Source: Setoptus koraiensis
Lineage: Eukaryota > Animalia > Arthropoda
Length of the DNA stretch: 64,000 nucleotides
Direction of reading: 5' to 3'
Assembly (NCBI GenBank): GCA_048013815.1
Contig: CM106585.1
Location: forward strand, 10,478,001 to 10,542,000
This document shows, piece after piece, positions 36,054 to 47,069 of the stretch (positions are counted from its first letter, which is position 1; each line of letters starts with the position of its first letter). Under the pieces are notes generated by a model. It did not search any database, was not told the origin of the DNA, and saw only the letters and a list, made by a program, of their open reading frames with translations. The translations under genes were made by a program, and so were the position numbers.

Positions 36054-38640
36054 TCAATTCTTTTTTGCTTCATCATTCTTATCTGACTTGGCACTACCAC
36101 TCTTCTCATCATCTTCCTTCTTTGCCTCCGCCTCTTTCTTTTCATCTTTGCTCTCAGCGTCACCTTTCTTCTCATTGCCGAACAGTTTCTTAATACCACC
36201 AACTACAACATTATCTTTCTCACTCTTCTGATTCTCGTCTTTGGCGTCCTGTCCGTTCGTATCAGATCCCAGCAATTTCTTAATGCCGCCAACGACAACA
36301 CCGTCCTTGCCTTCCCCGCTACCATCTCCGGCTTTGTCTTGCTTCTTCGATTGTTTGTCCTCGGAGGCCTCCTTGTCCGAACCGAACAACTTTTTCAGAC
36401 CACCAACTACCGCGCCATCCTTCGTTTCTCCAGAGTCTTTGGCCCCTTCAAGGTGATCTTCTTTCTGACCTTTGGCCTTGTCATCAACCTGTTCGTCAGT
36501 ATCGGATCCGAGCAACTTCTTTATGCCACCGACAACAACACCGTCCTTCTTCGAGTCACTTTTGTTCGCATCTCTGCCATGTCCCGCTGATTGTGCTTCC
36601 TTTGAGGCTCCCTCTTGATCGTGCTCTTCATTTGAGCCAAACAATTTCTTAATGCCACCGACCACGACACCGTCCTTCTTTACATCATGCTTATCCTCGG
36701 CCTCGTCATGGCTATTCGTTTCGTCGTGTTTGGCCTTCTCTTCGTCGTCGTGCTTGTCAGCACCGAACAATTTCTTTATGCCACCGACCACAACGCCATC
36801 CTTCTTTTCCTCATCCTCATCCTTGGCCTCATCTTGTTTCTTGGCCTCACCCTGATGCTCGGCCTCATCTTGGCTCTTCGTTTCGTCGTGTTTGTCAGCA
36901 CCGAACAATTTCTTTATGCCACCGACCACAACGCCATCCTTCTTTTCCTCATCCTCATCCTTGGCCTCATCTTGTTTCTTGGCCTCATCCTGGCTCTGCG
37001 CCTCGTCATGCTTGGCCTTCTCTTCGTCATCGTGTTTGTCAGCACCGAAAAACTTTTTTATGCCGCCGACTACGGCGTTATCTTTCTTTTCGCCATTTTC
37101 ACTTTTGGCCTCGTTCTCTTTCTCCGCCTTGGCCTCTTCTTTGCCCTGTCTCACCTTCTCATCGTTCTGGGTATCGTCCTTTTCGTCCTGTGCGTCGTTC
37201 TTATCTGCTCCAAACAACTTCTTTATACCGCCGACCAATCCAGTATCTTTCTTGTCCTGTTGCTCTTCGGGTTTCGCCTTCTCGTCGTCATCCTGCTTGC
37301 CAGTACCGGACGATCTCTTCGTGCCCCCAACTACCCCTTCCATTTTTTCATCATCACTAGCAGAGGACTTCTGTCCGCCAGAAAATTCACCACTCCTTGC
37401 ATCACTCCCTTTTTGTTCTGAACTGACAGAAATTGGTTTTGAGAACAGATCGATACTTTAGACTCGGGTTGCAAGCTATTCTATACCTTTAATTCTATTA
37501 ATAACACCATCATCGTAATGATAATTATGTACTATTGTGAATAACGTAGGCGTCAATGTCGTCATCGTAGACCATGGTGATCTTACCTTCGCCATTCTCG
37601 CCATCCTCACCATTGTCTTCATCAGGCACCGGTTCACCGAATTCATTTATTCTCTTGTGAAGCTGCTTCCTCAATCTATCAGAGGCCAGACTGATCAACG
37701 GTTTGGCCACTATGGTCGACGGAGCAATCGTATGCAAATACACGGTGCCAGCTCCTAGTCCCAACGACACCGCTTTGTGGAGCATTTGTTTGCCCACGCC
37801 TCCACGATGCTCAGCTAGACATCGTTTGAGAACGTGTAATTGTTGAGACGTGCAGCCGACAGTAGCGAAGGGTATCAACAGAAGACGGATATAAACAACA
37901 ATGTAAATATGGAGTTGACAAAACATTCGCACGTGTGAATATCTCGATCAATACATTGTCTGTACCTACTTTCGAGTAGCTCCTTTTCACTGGCTTTTTG
38001 CAACTCTTCGGCGGCAATTGTTGCGCCCGCATCTTTCGCTTTAGCAACCAAAGGCTTGGCGATCAATGCAGCATTTTTTAGTGTCGCAACTATTGGAGCG
38101 CCCTCAATATCTGTCAGTCATTTGGTATTTATTAAAAGATCAATGATTGTTTATGGCCATTAACGAGTTTCAAGTGTGAAATTGATGTAAGGTCCGTTCG
38201 CAGGTTAGTTAGTGGCATAATTTCCATTAACGATAGCGTTATGCCGGTCACACATCGGTATTATATAAAATAGTCATTCATTGAAATGGCGTGAGTAACA
38301 GATAGGAATATCAAGAGAATGAGAGGGCGTTGTTACTGTTGAGTTTATCGAAACGAGTAGTAGTGTTTGTGTTCAACCGGTAACAGTCAATTAATTAACC
38401 GAACAGATAATCAACTGGATGGCAGCAAGCTAAGCGGTAGCAATCTAATGTATCGCTTAGTGCAAAAACTTCATCGACACAAACAACAACAACAACAAAT
38501 ATTGTCGGAACAAATATCTTTAGCGACAACAGTGAAGCAACAACAGGCGCCTTGGTGTCTCTATCTGGCCTACCTTGACTGGTTAGTGTGAGAGCTACTA
38601 GTAGTAGCAAGCTACTGACTACTACTATCAGAGATCGCAT
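36054..38640 (-). CDS. Orphan secreted protein A (599 aa): signal peptide, two Ala-rich helical modules, then D/E/K-rich spacers between 9 (V)VVGG[IL]KK[LF][FL]G repeats; exons 38640-38574, 38110-37970, 37814-37587, 37417-36054
   Basis: Exon 1 reads MRSLIVVVSSLLLLVALTLTSQ; three phase-1 GT-AG introns join to 1800 nt in frame; the large last-exon ORF is strongly repetitive and hydrophilic. Confidence 0.8.
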
Positions 38641-39490
38641 CTTCTCTTACTCGTGGCTGGCCTGTTTTTTCTTCTCGTTCACTCTAGCTCGTTATTACCG
38701 TCTCTCTAAACAAATATCCCTCTGATATAAGTTAACGAAACCACTATTATAGCTATGCCAGCGCTTGTCCTGATTCGTCTATGATGTGTTATTAAATAGC
38801 TCCTGTCGATGTAATAATAAATTCTCCGATAAAGGGTACAAACAAATATAATGATGATATAACCCTGACTGGCACAAGAAACAACAACAATTATTTTCTT
38901 TTTCTTTTTTCTCTCTATCAGTCTATCTGGCGAACAGCATGCATTTAAGAAATGCATTTGACTAGCTGAAAGCGCCCCGGGTACGCAATCCATATTTAGT
39001 AACTAGCATGAGTGTGTTCGCTTCTCTGGCAGTCACGACAGGCGCCAGACGATGCATATGACTAATTCGCTAGTTTAAATATAGATAGCAAGAATCACAT
39101 GCCTCACCAAAAGTAATGATCGTAATAATCAGGATTTTTGGCGCGAATAATTTCTAGGAACTTTCAAACTGGATGAAAGGTACGACCAGGGCCTCTACAA
39201 AGCACCTGTTATGATTCAAATGTGTGATGTTTAAATGCTGGGATTGGGAACCGGGAAACACGCGACAAACCTACATCAAGCTGGTCTAAAAGCTACAGAA
39301 GCGAAATAGACGATAGCTAATTGGTAAGAAACTTTAGCGAGAACTCAACAAGAGAAATTTTGTGCTTTTTTCCTCTTCGATTTTATTACATCAAGTTGTT
39401 GTTTTGCGCTCTGCCTAGCGCTTTCGGCAACACATCCTTGACGGCGTAACGTCCACTGTCGAGATTTTATCACAGTCGGCCTATTACTGC

Positions 39491-40161
39491 TTACTTTTCC
39501 TTCTTCTCCTCCTCTTTGTTCTCTTCACCTTTGGCCTCTTCTCCCTCCTTAGCCTCACCTTCTTCGGCCTTTTCTCCCTCTTTGGCGTCACCCTCTTTGG
39601 CTTCACCCTCGGCCTTGGCCTCACCCTCTTCTTTCTTTTCTTCACCCTCTTCTTTCTTTTCTTTAGCTCCCTCTTTATTTTCAGCTGGTGCAGCCTCGTC
39701 CTTCTTCTCTGACTCGAAGTGACTGCCGACTATCGGAATTTTGGACATGACTTTTTCGATGGTACCTCCAATTTTGTGCAAAAGCGAACCTGCTTAAAGA
39801 ATTACGAAGAATTGGAAGATGAATATCGATTCATTATTAATTGTCATAAGAGGTGCGATAAAGATTGGTTCTTACCAACTTTCAGTTATGTTTAGAATAC
39901 TTTCTTTAGTGTGATTGGTAGCGGTTGGCATTAATTTGATACTTACTACTATTATTAGCAGCGCTGCCAACGGTTTCGCCTTCGCACATAACTGGTTACA
40001 TGTTTGGTGGATTAGAGATACAGGTTAGCAAGTGTGTAATTTATTCTAGAAATTCTTCGTCATCCAGGTTTATCAATTATCACTGAAATAATTTTAACAA
40101 ACTTACCCTGAGCGACGGCCAGAGCAACCAAGCAGAATAGAGCCAATTTGTACGATGCCAT
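39491..40161 (-). CDS. Orphan secreted protein B (132 aa): signal peptide, amphipathic LLHKIGGTIEKVMSKIPIVGSHF, E/K/G/A tail; exons 40161-40107, 39991-39947, 39789-39491
   Basis: MASYKLALFCLVALAVAQVMC signal peptide; two GTAAGT donors; phase-1 junctions give 399 nt in frame. Confidence 0.8.
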
Positions 40162-41223
40162 TGTTAATATGTGTCGGTTGGTTTTGGATGGGGTTTGGAA
40201 ATTATTGAATAAATATTTATCAATTTGAAATTGACTTATTCTTCAGTTTATCGCAAGAGTTAAGAAAAGGGTTTGGACAGAATTTTGCGAAAGCAACCAC
40301 TATATATAGTCTCTTTTCTCTACACAAACTAGTGCACACTTTTCAACTGGGTCTTTTAATAGTTTTTCGGTGACGTATGCCAACATGTTGTTGGCACCCG
40401 CACAAATATTTCACCAAAATATGATAGTCAGAGAGAACTTGGATTCGCCAGCAACAGTTCGACATTTTATCAAGGTCACGCGAAGCCATTTTTGACTATT
40501 TTCGGTAACACCGAAATCACGTGTGAAGACAATGGCAAAACAAGTGGAAAAATAATGGGACGAATCGTGGTAGTCATGCTGCAAACTTTTGACCATATTG
40601 AACTGGCTTAATGGCGTCATCTCTGGTACACATGCCAAGATAATAGTAGACCATGAGCGTAGATAACTATTTCAATCTATCCACCAATTTTGGACCCCGG
40701 TCAATTTTTTTGCTCGGCGGAATTCGTTGGCCGCGTGACTCTAGTTTTATTTAACACTCCGTCGATTGATATTTGCGGGCGGACTCATAACGCCCAACAT
40801 TACCTGGCATGTGCCTCTACTCTCGGCGGGTGGCGGGAGGCACTTCTTTTGCTTCACCTCGCAGTATTCGCTGATTTCCTTGGAAACACTCTAATTCTCT
40901 GAACTTCACCCGCTCTCTACCAGACTACAGTTTCGGAGCGGTGAGGCTAGTAAGGAAGAGAAAAGTTTTAACTCATCTTTTTGGCCCCAGCAAAAGGCTC
41001 GTCGTGTTTTTCATAAGTTGTTGTGAGTTTATTTTGGGATATATGATACGCCGTGCACACCAATCTTATTCGCTGTCTATACGTCTAGATAACATTTTTA
41101 TCTAGCTGTACAGTTGTGCAATTTGAATGTGAGCTACCAAAATCAACATCTACGTGTTATACTTGACGATCGTATAAAATACAGATTGCTCGATCCTTCC
41201 TGCTGCTACTATTCTCAGTTAGC

Positions 41224-42194
41224 TCATTCTTTTTTGTCCTCGGCCTCGTCCTTCTTTTCTTCAGTCTTTTCCTCTGGCTTGGCCTCTTCCTCTTTGGCCT
41301 CCTCTTTGGCCTCCTCTTTGGCCTCCTCTTTCTTCTCCTCGCCCTCCTCTTTCTTTTCCTCGCCCTCCTCTTTCTTTGCCTCCGCCTTCTCTTCTGGTTC
41401 CGCTTCGGCAGTCTTGGCTTCTTCCTCGGGCTTGGCTGCGTCATCCTTTTTTTCTTCAGCCTTTTCTTCCTCTGGTTTAGCCTCCTCTTTCTTTTCCCCA
41501 CCAGCCTTTGCATCTTCCGGTTTGGCCTCATCAGCCTTGGCCTCTTCCGCCGGTGCCTCTTCGGGCTTGGATTCTGCGGGTTGCTGATTGGTGGCCTGCT
41601 GAGGCGCCCCAGGAGCCGGTTGCTGCGGAATCTGAGCTAATTCGACGCCCTGTTCATTGGTTGCCGGATTCACTGGCGGGGGTGCTATACTCGATCGGCC
41701 CAAGCGGTCGACGCCACGTCCTACAAGGGATTTACCAGAATCAATGATACCTTTTCCAAATTCGCCCACAGTTGACACAATGCCTTTGAGTAGGCCCCCG
41801 GTGTGTCCAGTGACTTCGCGAGCGAATTTTGCACTTCCCGATGCTGCGCTACGTATCAGACTTTTCTGTTGTTGATTGTAGTCGCTAGCTATCTGCTGTC
41901 CCATAGCGCCGGCCTGCTGAACAACGGCCCCGGTTTGGTCTGCGACTTGGGTGGCAGCCGCGCCGACAGTGCTAGCGGCTTGCTGAACAGCCGGTTGTTG
42001 TTGGGGCGCTAGAACGATATAAAATGAAAAGGCGATCGAAAGAACGAAATCAAATCTTCAGTTAATCCATCTTCTAATCTAACATGAAATTTATCTGAAT
42101 GACTGTGTGCCAGTTGCGAATACTCACCCGGTGCATCCTGGCCGTGAGAATATCCGGCTATACAGAATAGTAGCACAAAACATGCGAGAGACAT
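41224..42194 (-). CDS. Orphan secreted protein C (283 aa): signal peptide, Q/A linker, Gly-rich amphipathic core, EEAKPEE tail; exons 42194-42128, 42008-41224
   Basis: MSLACFVLLFCIAGYSHG signal peptide; GTGAGT donor and TTCTAG acceptor in phase 1; core is homologous to protein D. Confidence 0.85.
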
Positions 42195-42725
42195 CGTGGA
42201 CAAATATCGATTTATTACAATCATCGCGTTGAATTGAAATTCAATTTTAATTAACCAATGAATAGTTTATATGAATATCAGTTATATAAATAATATGTTT
42301 GTTGATGTCAGTCTCGAATTAAAACTTTTTATGCAGTCTTGCACGAATCGAACGACAAACAGCATGCCGCTCATCACAAAGTCGCATTCACTGTTTACGT
42401 CATGAAACGTGACGTTCGCGGTCCAAAAATAGATGATGGAGCGAATCATCCTCTCAAAAGTCGCCGTATCACGAGTTAGGTGCACTGGAGAACTCCCCAT
42501 CTGACACTCTCCAACATCTCAAACGCCGATAACGAAGTCTACAAAGAATTCGACGCAACCAAACAAAACAAGATTAGTTCTCGGATAAAATTCAGCACTA
42601 ATTACTGGCCAAACTGTTTGCTGATATTGGAGTCAGCTCAGGCCCTCAACGACGGGCGTTTTTATTTTTTCGCTCATCAGAGCTTCTGGCTCTTAACTGG
42701 TGTTTGGTTGACAATTTCAATCGTT

Positions 42726-43722
42726 TCATTTTCTCTCAGCCTTAGCTTCTTCGGTCTTGGCCTCTTCCGGTTTTGCTTCTTCTGCTTTGGGTTCCTCAGT
42801 CTTGGCCTCTTCCGGTTTTGCTTCCTCTGTTTTGGCTTCGGTCGGCTCAGTGGCGGCATTGTTGGTCTGAGCCACCTGTGCTTCAGCTTCTGGGTGGACG
42901 AGAAATAAAATCAAGTTGTTTCGAGTCAATGGTTTGGGAAAAAAGAATCTCATCGGAACAAAGTTTTCACAAAAACTCTGCAAGTGCTCGATAATTGTGT
43001 ATCGTCATTTCGGACTCACCATTTGCTTGTCCGTTGATCAATTCATTACCTTGATCTGCTGGGGTCGCACTCTCACCGTTCGTCGCTGATGGTACAAAAG
43101 GTTTCATCAATCGCGATCGGCCAATGCGTTGTGCACTACGAGTTACCGCATTGCCACCAGACGATACCATATCTTTGCCGAATTGCATTATGGTTGATGC
43201 GATCCCACCTAATAAGCTACCAGTGTGTCCAACGACTTCGCGCCCTAGATTCACAGTGCCAGAAACTGCACTATGTACAATATTTTTTTGACTATCGTCA
43301 TATTGAGGATGCACAAAATCGCTGGCCATCTGCTGGCCGCTCGCTCTGACCCTCTGAAGCGATTCCATGTCTTTGTGCAACCTTTTCGAAGCGCTATTCT
43401 GGACAGCAGAACCTAAATTTTTCGCAGCTTCCGAAATGGAGGTCTCTTTTGGACTTTCCGCCCCTGTTTCAGCCTTTGCGTCTGTTTCAGCTTTTGTATC
43501 TGTTTCAGCCTTTGTGTCCGCTCCAGCCTTCGTCTCTGTCTCTTCAGGGTGCAGAGGAAAAGATAAGAATGCCTCAGTTTCGCCGCAATCGCCGAATCAC
43601 TTCGAAATCAAAAGAAATGGTGATAACTTACCTGCAGTGGCATCTTCTGCGTGGGAGTAAGTGGAAAATAGGCACAATAGAATAGAGCAGAGCAGAGCGA
43701 GCGCTAGATGATATGTTGACAT
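42726..43722 (-). CDS. Orphan secreted protein D (about 258 aa), tandem paralog of C; exons 43722-43632, 43541-43020, 42889-42726
   Basis: MSTYHLALALLCSILLCLFSTYSHA signal peptide; KAET repeats; core GQQMASD..SAVSG..REVVGHTGSLLGGI..QFGK aligns with C; EAKPEEAK tail. The exon 2 acceptor is the least certain junction. Confidence 0.8.
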
Positions 43723-45121
43723 CTTGTATTGTTTTGTAATTTGACCACTGTATATATTTATTGTATTTAAATTTTACCAGTGATTCGTTTTCGGGAGTGA
43801 TTGAAATAAGTAAAAGATTAGAAACCAATGAGAAGGGTGGTGTTATCCTAGTCCTTACAGGCAAAACCAATTTTAGTTGATAGAAAATGCGTTTTGCCAA
43901 CCATGTTTGAGCTACCCGACGAAACGCTGTTGGTCTGCATGTTTAAAAATAGTTTTTTCTAGATAAATTTTTCACACAAGTTTAGAACAATCCAGGCACG
44001 CTATGACTTTCGCTGGATAGAACAGTCATGCGGTAGATGCGACACGGAAAATAAATGGGCGGCGAAACAATCATATAGCATTATTGATTGAATAGAGAAA
44101 CCGGGGATGTGAGACAAGTGTGGTTGTTTCCGGTGAAAATCGATTTGTCAGATGCCTTTTCCCGCTGCTACACATATTTCAATCTGGAACCTCCGTTTAA
44201 ATGTTTTTCCAGAATTCTATTCGAGATGGGAAATAGTACTCTCGCCTCCATGGATGGAACATACACTGCTTCCCGCAACTTTTTCTCTGCTCGAAATCAG
44301 ATTTTCGAATGCAGAAAAAAAATCTGAAAATGACCCGATTCGGATTCGCTGAAATTGCACTTCTCTGATTAAGATTCCGAAGGTCACTTGTATTACAGCA
44401 TTTCTGAGTAAATTCTGGAAAAAATGACGTCTGCTTTCGATAGAATTTGTCGGTGAGAAATCTAGTTTCCAAGCAACCGGAAGCGACATGGTGAGCAACT
44501 GAAATCGAATAAAAGAACATAATAGATTTGCCGGAACGATTCTCCAGAGAAAATTGCTGCAACTGCACTTTTTATGTTTTTCGCCCATAGCCCATCATGG
44601 AGAATAACGTATGGGCACCTGTAGCGTGATGCCAACGTCATTGTGGCGCGTATGTCGTCATTTCAGACACGTTACGGGAAAGGCTGCAGACGCAACAGAT
44701 TGACCAAACACACTATTTGCTCGTATCAGAGGTGTCTTTCCATAACCAGTTGGGGGGAAAAGAAATACGATGAAAGCCATCTAGGCCTTATTGTTTTGCG
44801 TGATGTGGATCATCGTTTTACTTTATTGGTAGCCAGAGTTTACTTACGATGACGATGACGAGAACACTCAAACAAAACAATTTCCACAGCTGATCAAACA
44901 ATCTGGATTGGCCTCGTAACGAATTGGTCCGAACTTTCGCTCGCACTATCATCATAGAAAATGGTTTATGGCAACTTGGGCATGCTCATCTGTTTATTGT
45001 TGGACCCGAATCCAATGACGTAGTCTCATCATGAGGTAACTTTGGATTTGACACTAGGCAAACAATCACGAGTCAACATGGAGAGATGAATGTCAATAAT
45101 TGCTTATACTAATCTCGTTAG

Positions 45122-45128
45122 TATAAAT
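45122..45128 (+). promoter_or_regulatory. TATA box candidate for secreted gene E
   Basis: TATAAAT about 125 nt upstream of the ATG. Similar TATA-like words lie 90-140 nt upstream of genes A (38745-38751), B (40301-40308) and C (42282-42288). Confidence 0.35.
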
Positions 45129-45249
45129 TGATGTGTCTGGTCTGCAATATAATTCAATCGTCTTTGAATACTCTCGCTGCAATACAACAACCAATCGTCA
45201 ATCATCAATATCTACAGAACATTTCAAGAGTTCTTAAGCACTAAAAAAC

Positions 45250-45833
45250 ATGTCTTCAATGAAAATTATCTCCAGTATATTGGTTGCCTGCTTGGCCCTA
45301 GGAATGGCAGGTAAGATTACTACTCATTTATATCCTCAGGTTTATTGCACTAAACTGATTGCTTGAGCTGAAGCTAATCGTGCACTTTTTCACATCTATT
45401 TGGATACAATTCAAAGTTGCCCAAAACATTCCAACTTCCATCAACGGTATGATCAACAAGGCTGAGGCAAATATGCCAAAGATTCCATCAATCAGAGGAA
45501 ACATTCCAAACATGCCCAACGTTGACTTGCCCAACATGCCCAACATTAACATGCCCAGCGTTGACTTGCCCAACATGCCAAACTTGCCAAGCTTGCCTAA
45601 CATGCCAAGCTTGCCCAGCCTGAGCTTACCCAGCATGCCGCGTATACCCAGTATGCAAGGTAAGTAAATTGAATCTATGAATTGATCAAAGATCTATTTG
45701 ATTATGAATAATCATGGAATCAAGGAACTAACAGTAGAATAACTTTTCGTTAACAAAACCCACTCACACGAATCCATGTCACATAGGTATGATGAACGAC
45801 GTCATGGGAGCGGTCAACAGAATGCTCGGTTAA
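45250..45833 (+). CDS. Orphan secreted protein E (116 aa), Pro/Met/Asn/Ser-rich P-x-x repeats; exons 45250-45310, 45417-45659, 45787-45833
   Basis: MSSMKIISSILVACLALGMA signal peptide; GTAAGA and GTAAGT donors in phase 1; repeats PNM/PSL/VDL; AATAAA overlaps the stop codon. Confidence 0.82.
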
Positions 45834-46255
45834 ATAAAATATTTGTGCTAAGATTTGTAAAACTGGAATGAGAACATGAAAGTATCTCTTATGGATAAAT
45901 AATATTCCGGCAATGGGAATGCACAAAAGTTTCTATCGAGATACCCATGTTCAACATTACGAACGAACATTTAAATATAATAGTTTTACCAAACTTTGAG
46001 ACGTATTTTATATGTAATTTGAACACAACACGATCTACTGGGTGACCAGAGTGATATGCACAATTATTCTTTATTGATTTTATGTATTTTTTCTATAGTT
46101 ACCAGTTAGTTGATATTGCTTCAATCAAAAGACCAATGATGCTTTCAATACATCATCTTTTTCTTTGAATCTATTTGAATATCCTTGATATAAATATATC
46201 AAAGATATTCAAAATTTTCCGACACAAAAGTCACTCGTTATAATAATATCTCTCA

Positions 46256-46837
46256 TCAACACAAAGGATCTACCTCTGAGATTTTTTCAAGATAAAGTGA
46301 TATCATCTCGGGTTTTAGGTGGTTTCTGCTCTTCAACAATGTTTGACGACGATCTTACTTTCAATCTTACAGACTTGATTACAACATCTTTCTTGGAACT
46401 CAGTAGCTTCTTGTCCAGCTTGTCCTATTACCAAATATTTAACAATGTAGACGAACGAGATCATGAAGAATTTCAGTTCAAAATGATCACAGAGAAGAGT
46501 TGGTGATGCTGGTAGTTGTTTGATTACAAATTGACTTACTGGTTTTTCGAATAAGCCCTTCAAGTGATCGTCCCTCTAATTCTAAATCATCTGATTTCAC
46601 CGAGCTGGTTCTACCAGCGTGCCTCCGTTTACGAACTATGCTGATGCCACCGAATGAATTCATAACAAGTTCGGAGCCATTTTGTCGTGCGTGTATACTG
46701 CACAGTTTTTGGAGGTCTCTTTTAATTCCGGTTGTGTCACAATTTTCGAAACGATGCTCTATGTAATAGCAACAAGATGACTTTATAGTGAACAATATCA
46801 CTACCAAAGAGATTAACACATTCGTCCACTGGATCAT
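46256..46837 (-). CDS. Insulin/relaxin-like peptide precursor (127 aa); exons 46837-46540, 46424-46359, 46275-46256. Retaining the last intron gives a stop at 46333.
   Basis: Signal peptide; B-chain-like CDTTGIKRDLQKLC; C-peptide containing RKRR; RKTR formed across the splice junction; A chain CCNQVCKIEKVDPLC* has canonical CC-x3-C-x8-C spacing. Confidence 0.75.
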
Positions 46838-47069
46838 CGCTGTGGATTTGTAGCAGTAGTCGAACAACTCTAAACTGGCAATCTAGGTGATAAGAATTCA
46901 AAATCTATAACGACCTAGGTGCAACTTGAACGATATCTTGTTAGGAAGAGTAGCGTAATGGTGATTAGCTGAGAAATGATAGATATTGCAGTCTATGCAG
47001 TCTTTAAGTTTCCATTAGTACTCTACATCGAAGTTTCCCTCCTATACATTGAACCAACTTTTCAATGTT

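Noticed and set aside
40800-40950. TTACCTGGCA (like the U1 5' end) followed by two small hairpins
   Set aside because: There is no U1 loop I (GATCACGAAG), loop II or properly placed Sm site, so an snRNA call cannot be supported.
44088-44588. Four overlapping short ORFs that could be a transposon fragment
   Set aside because: No transposase, RT or integrase motif, terminal repeats or target-site duplication were recognised.
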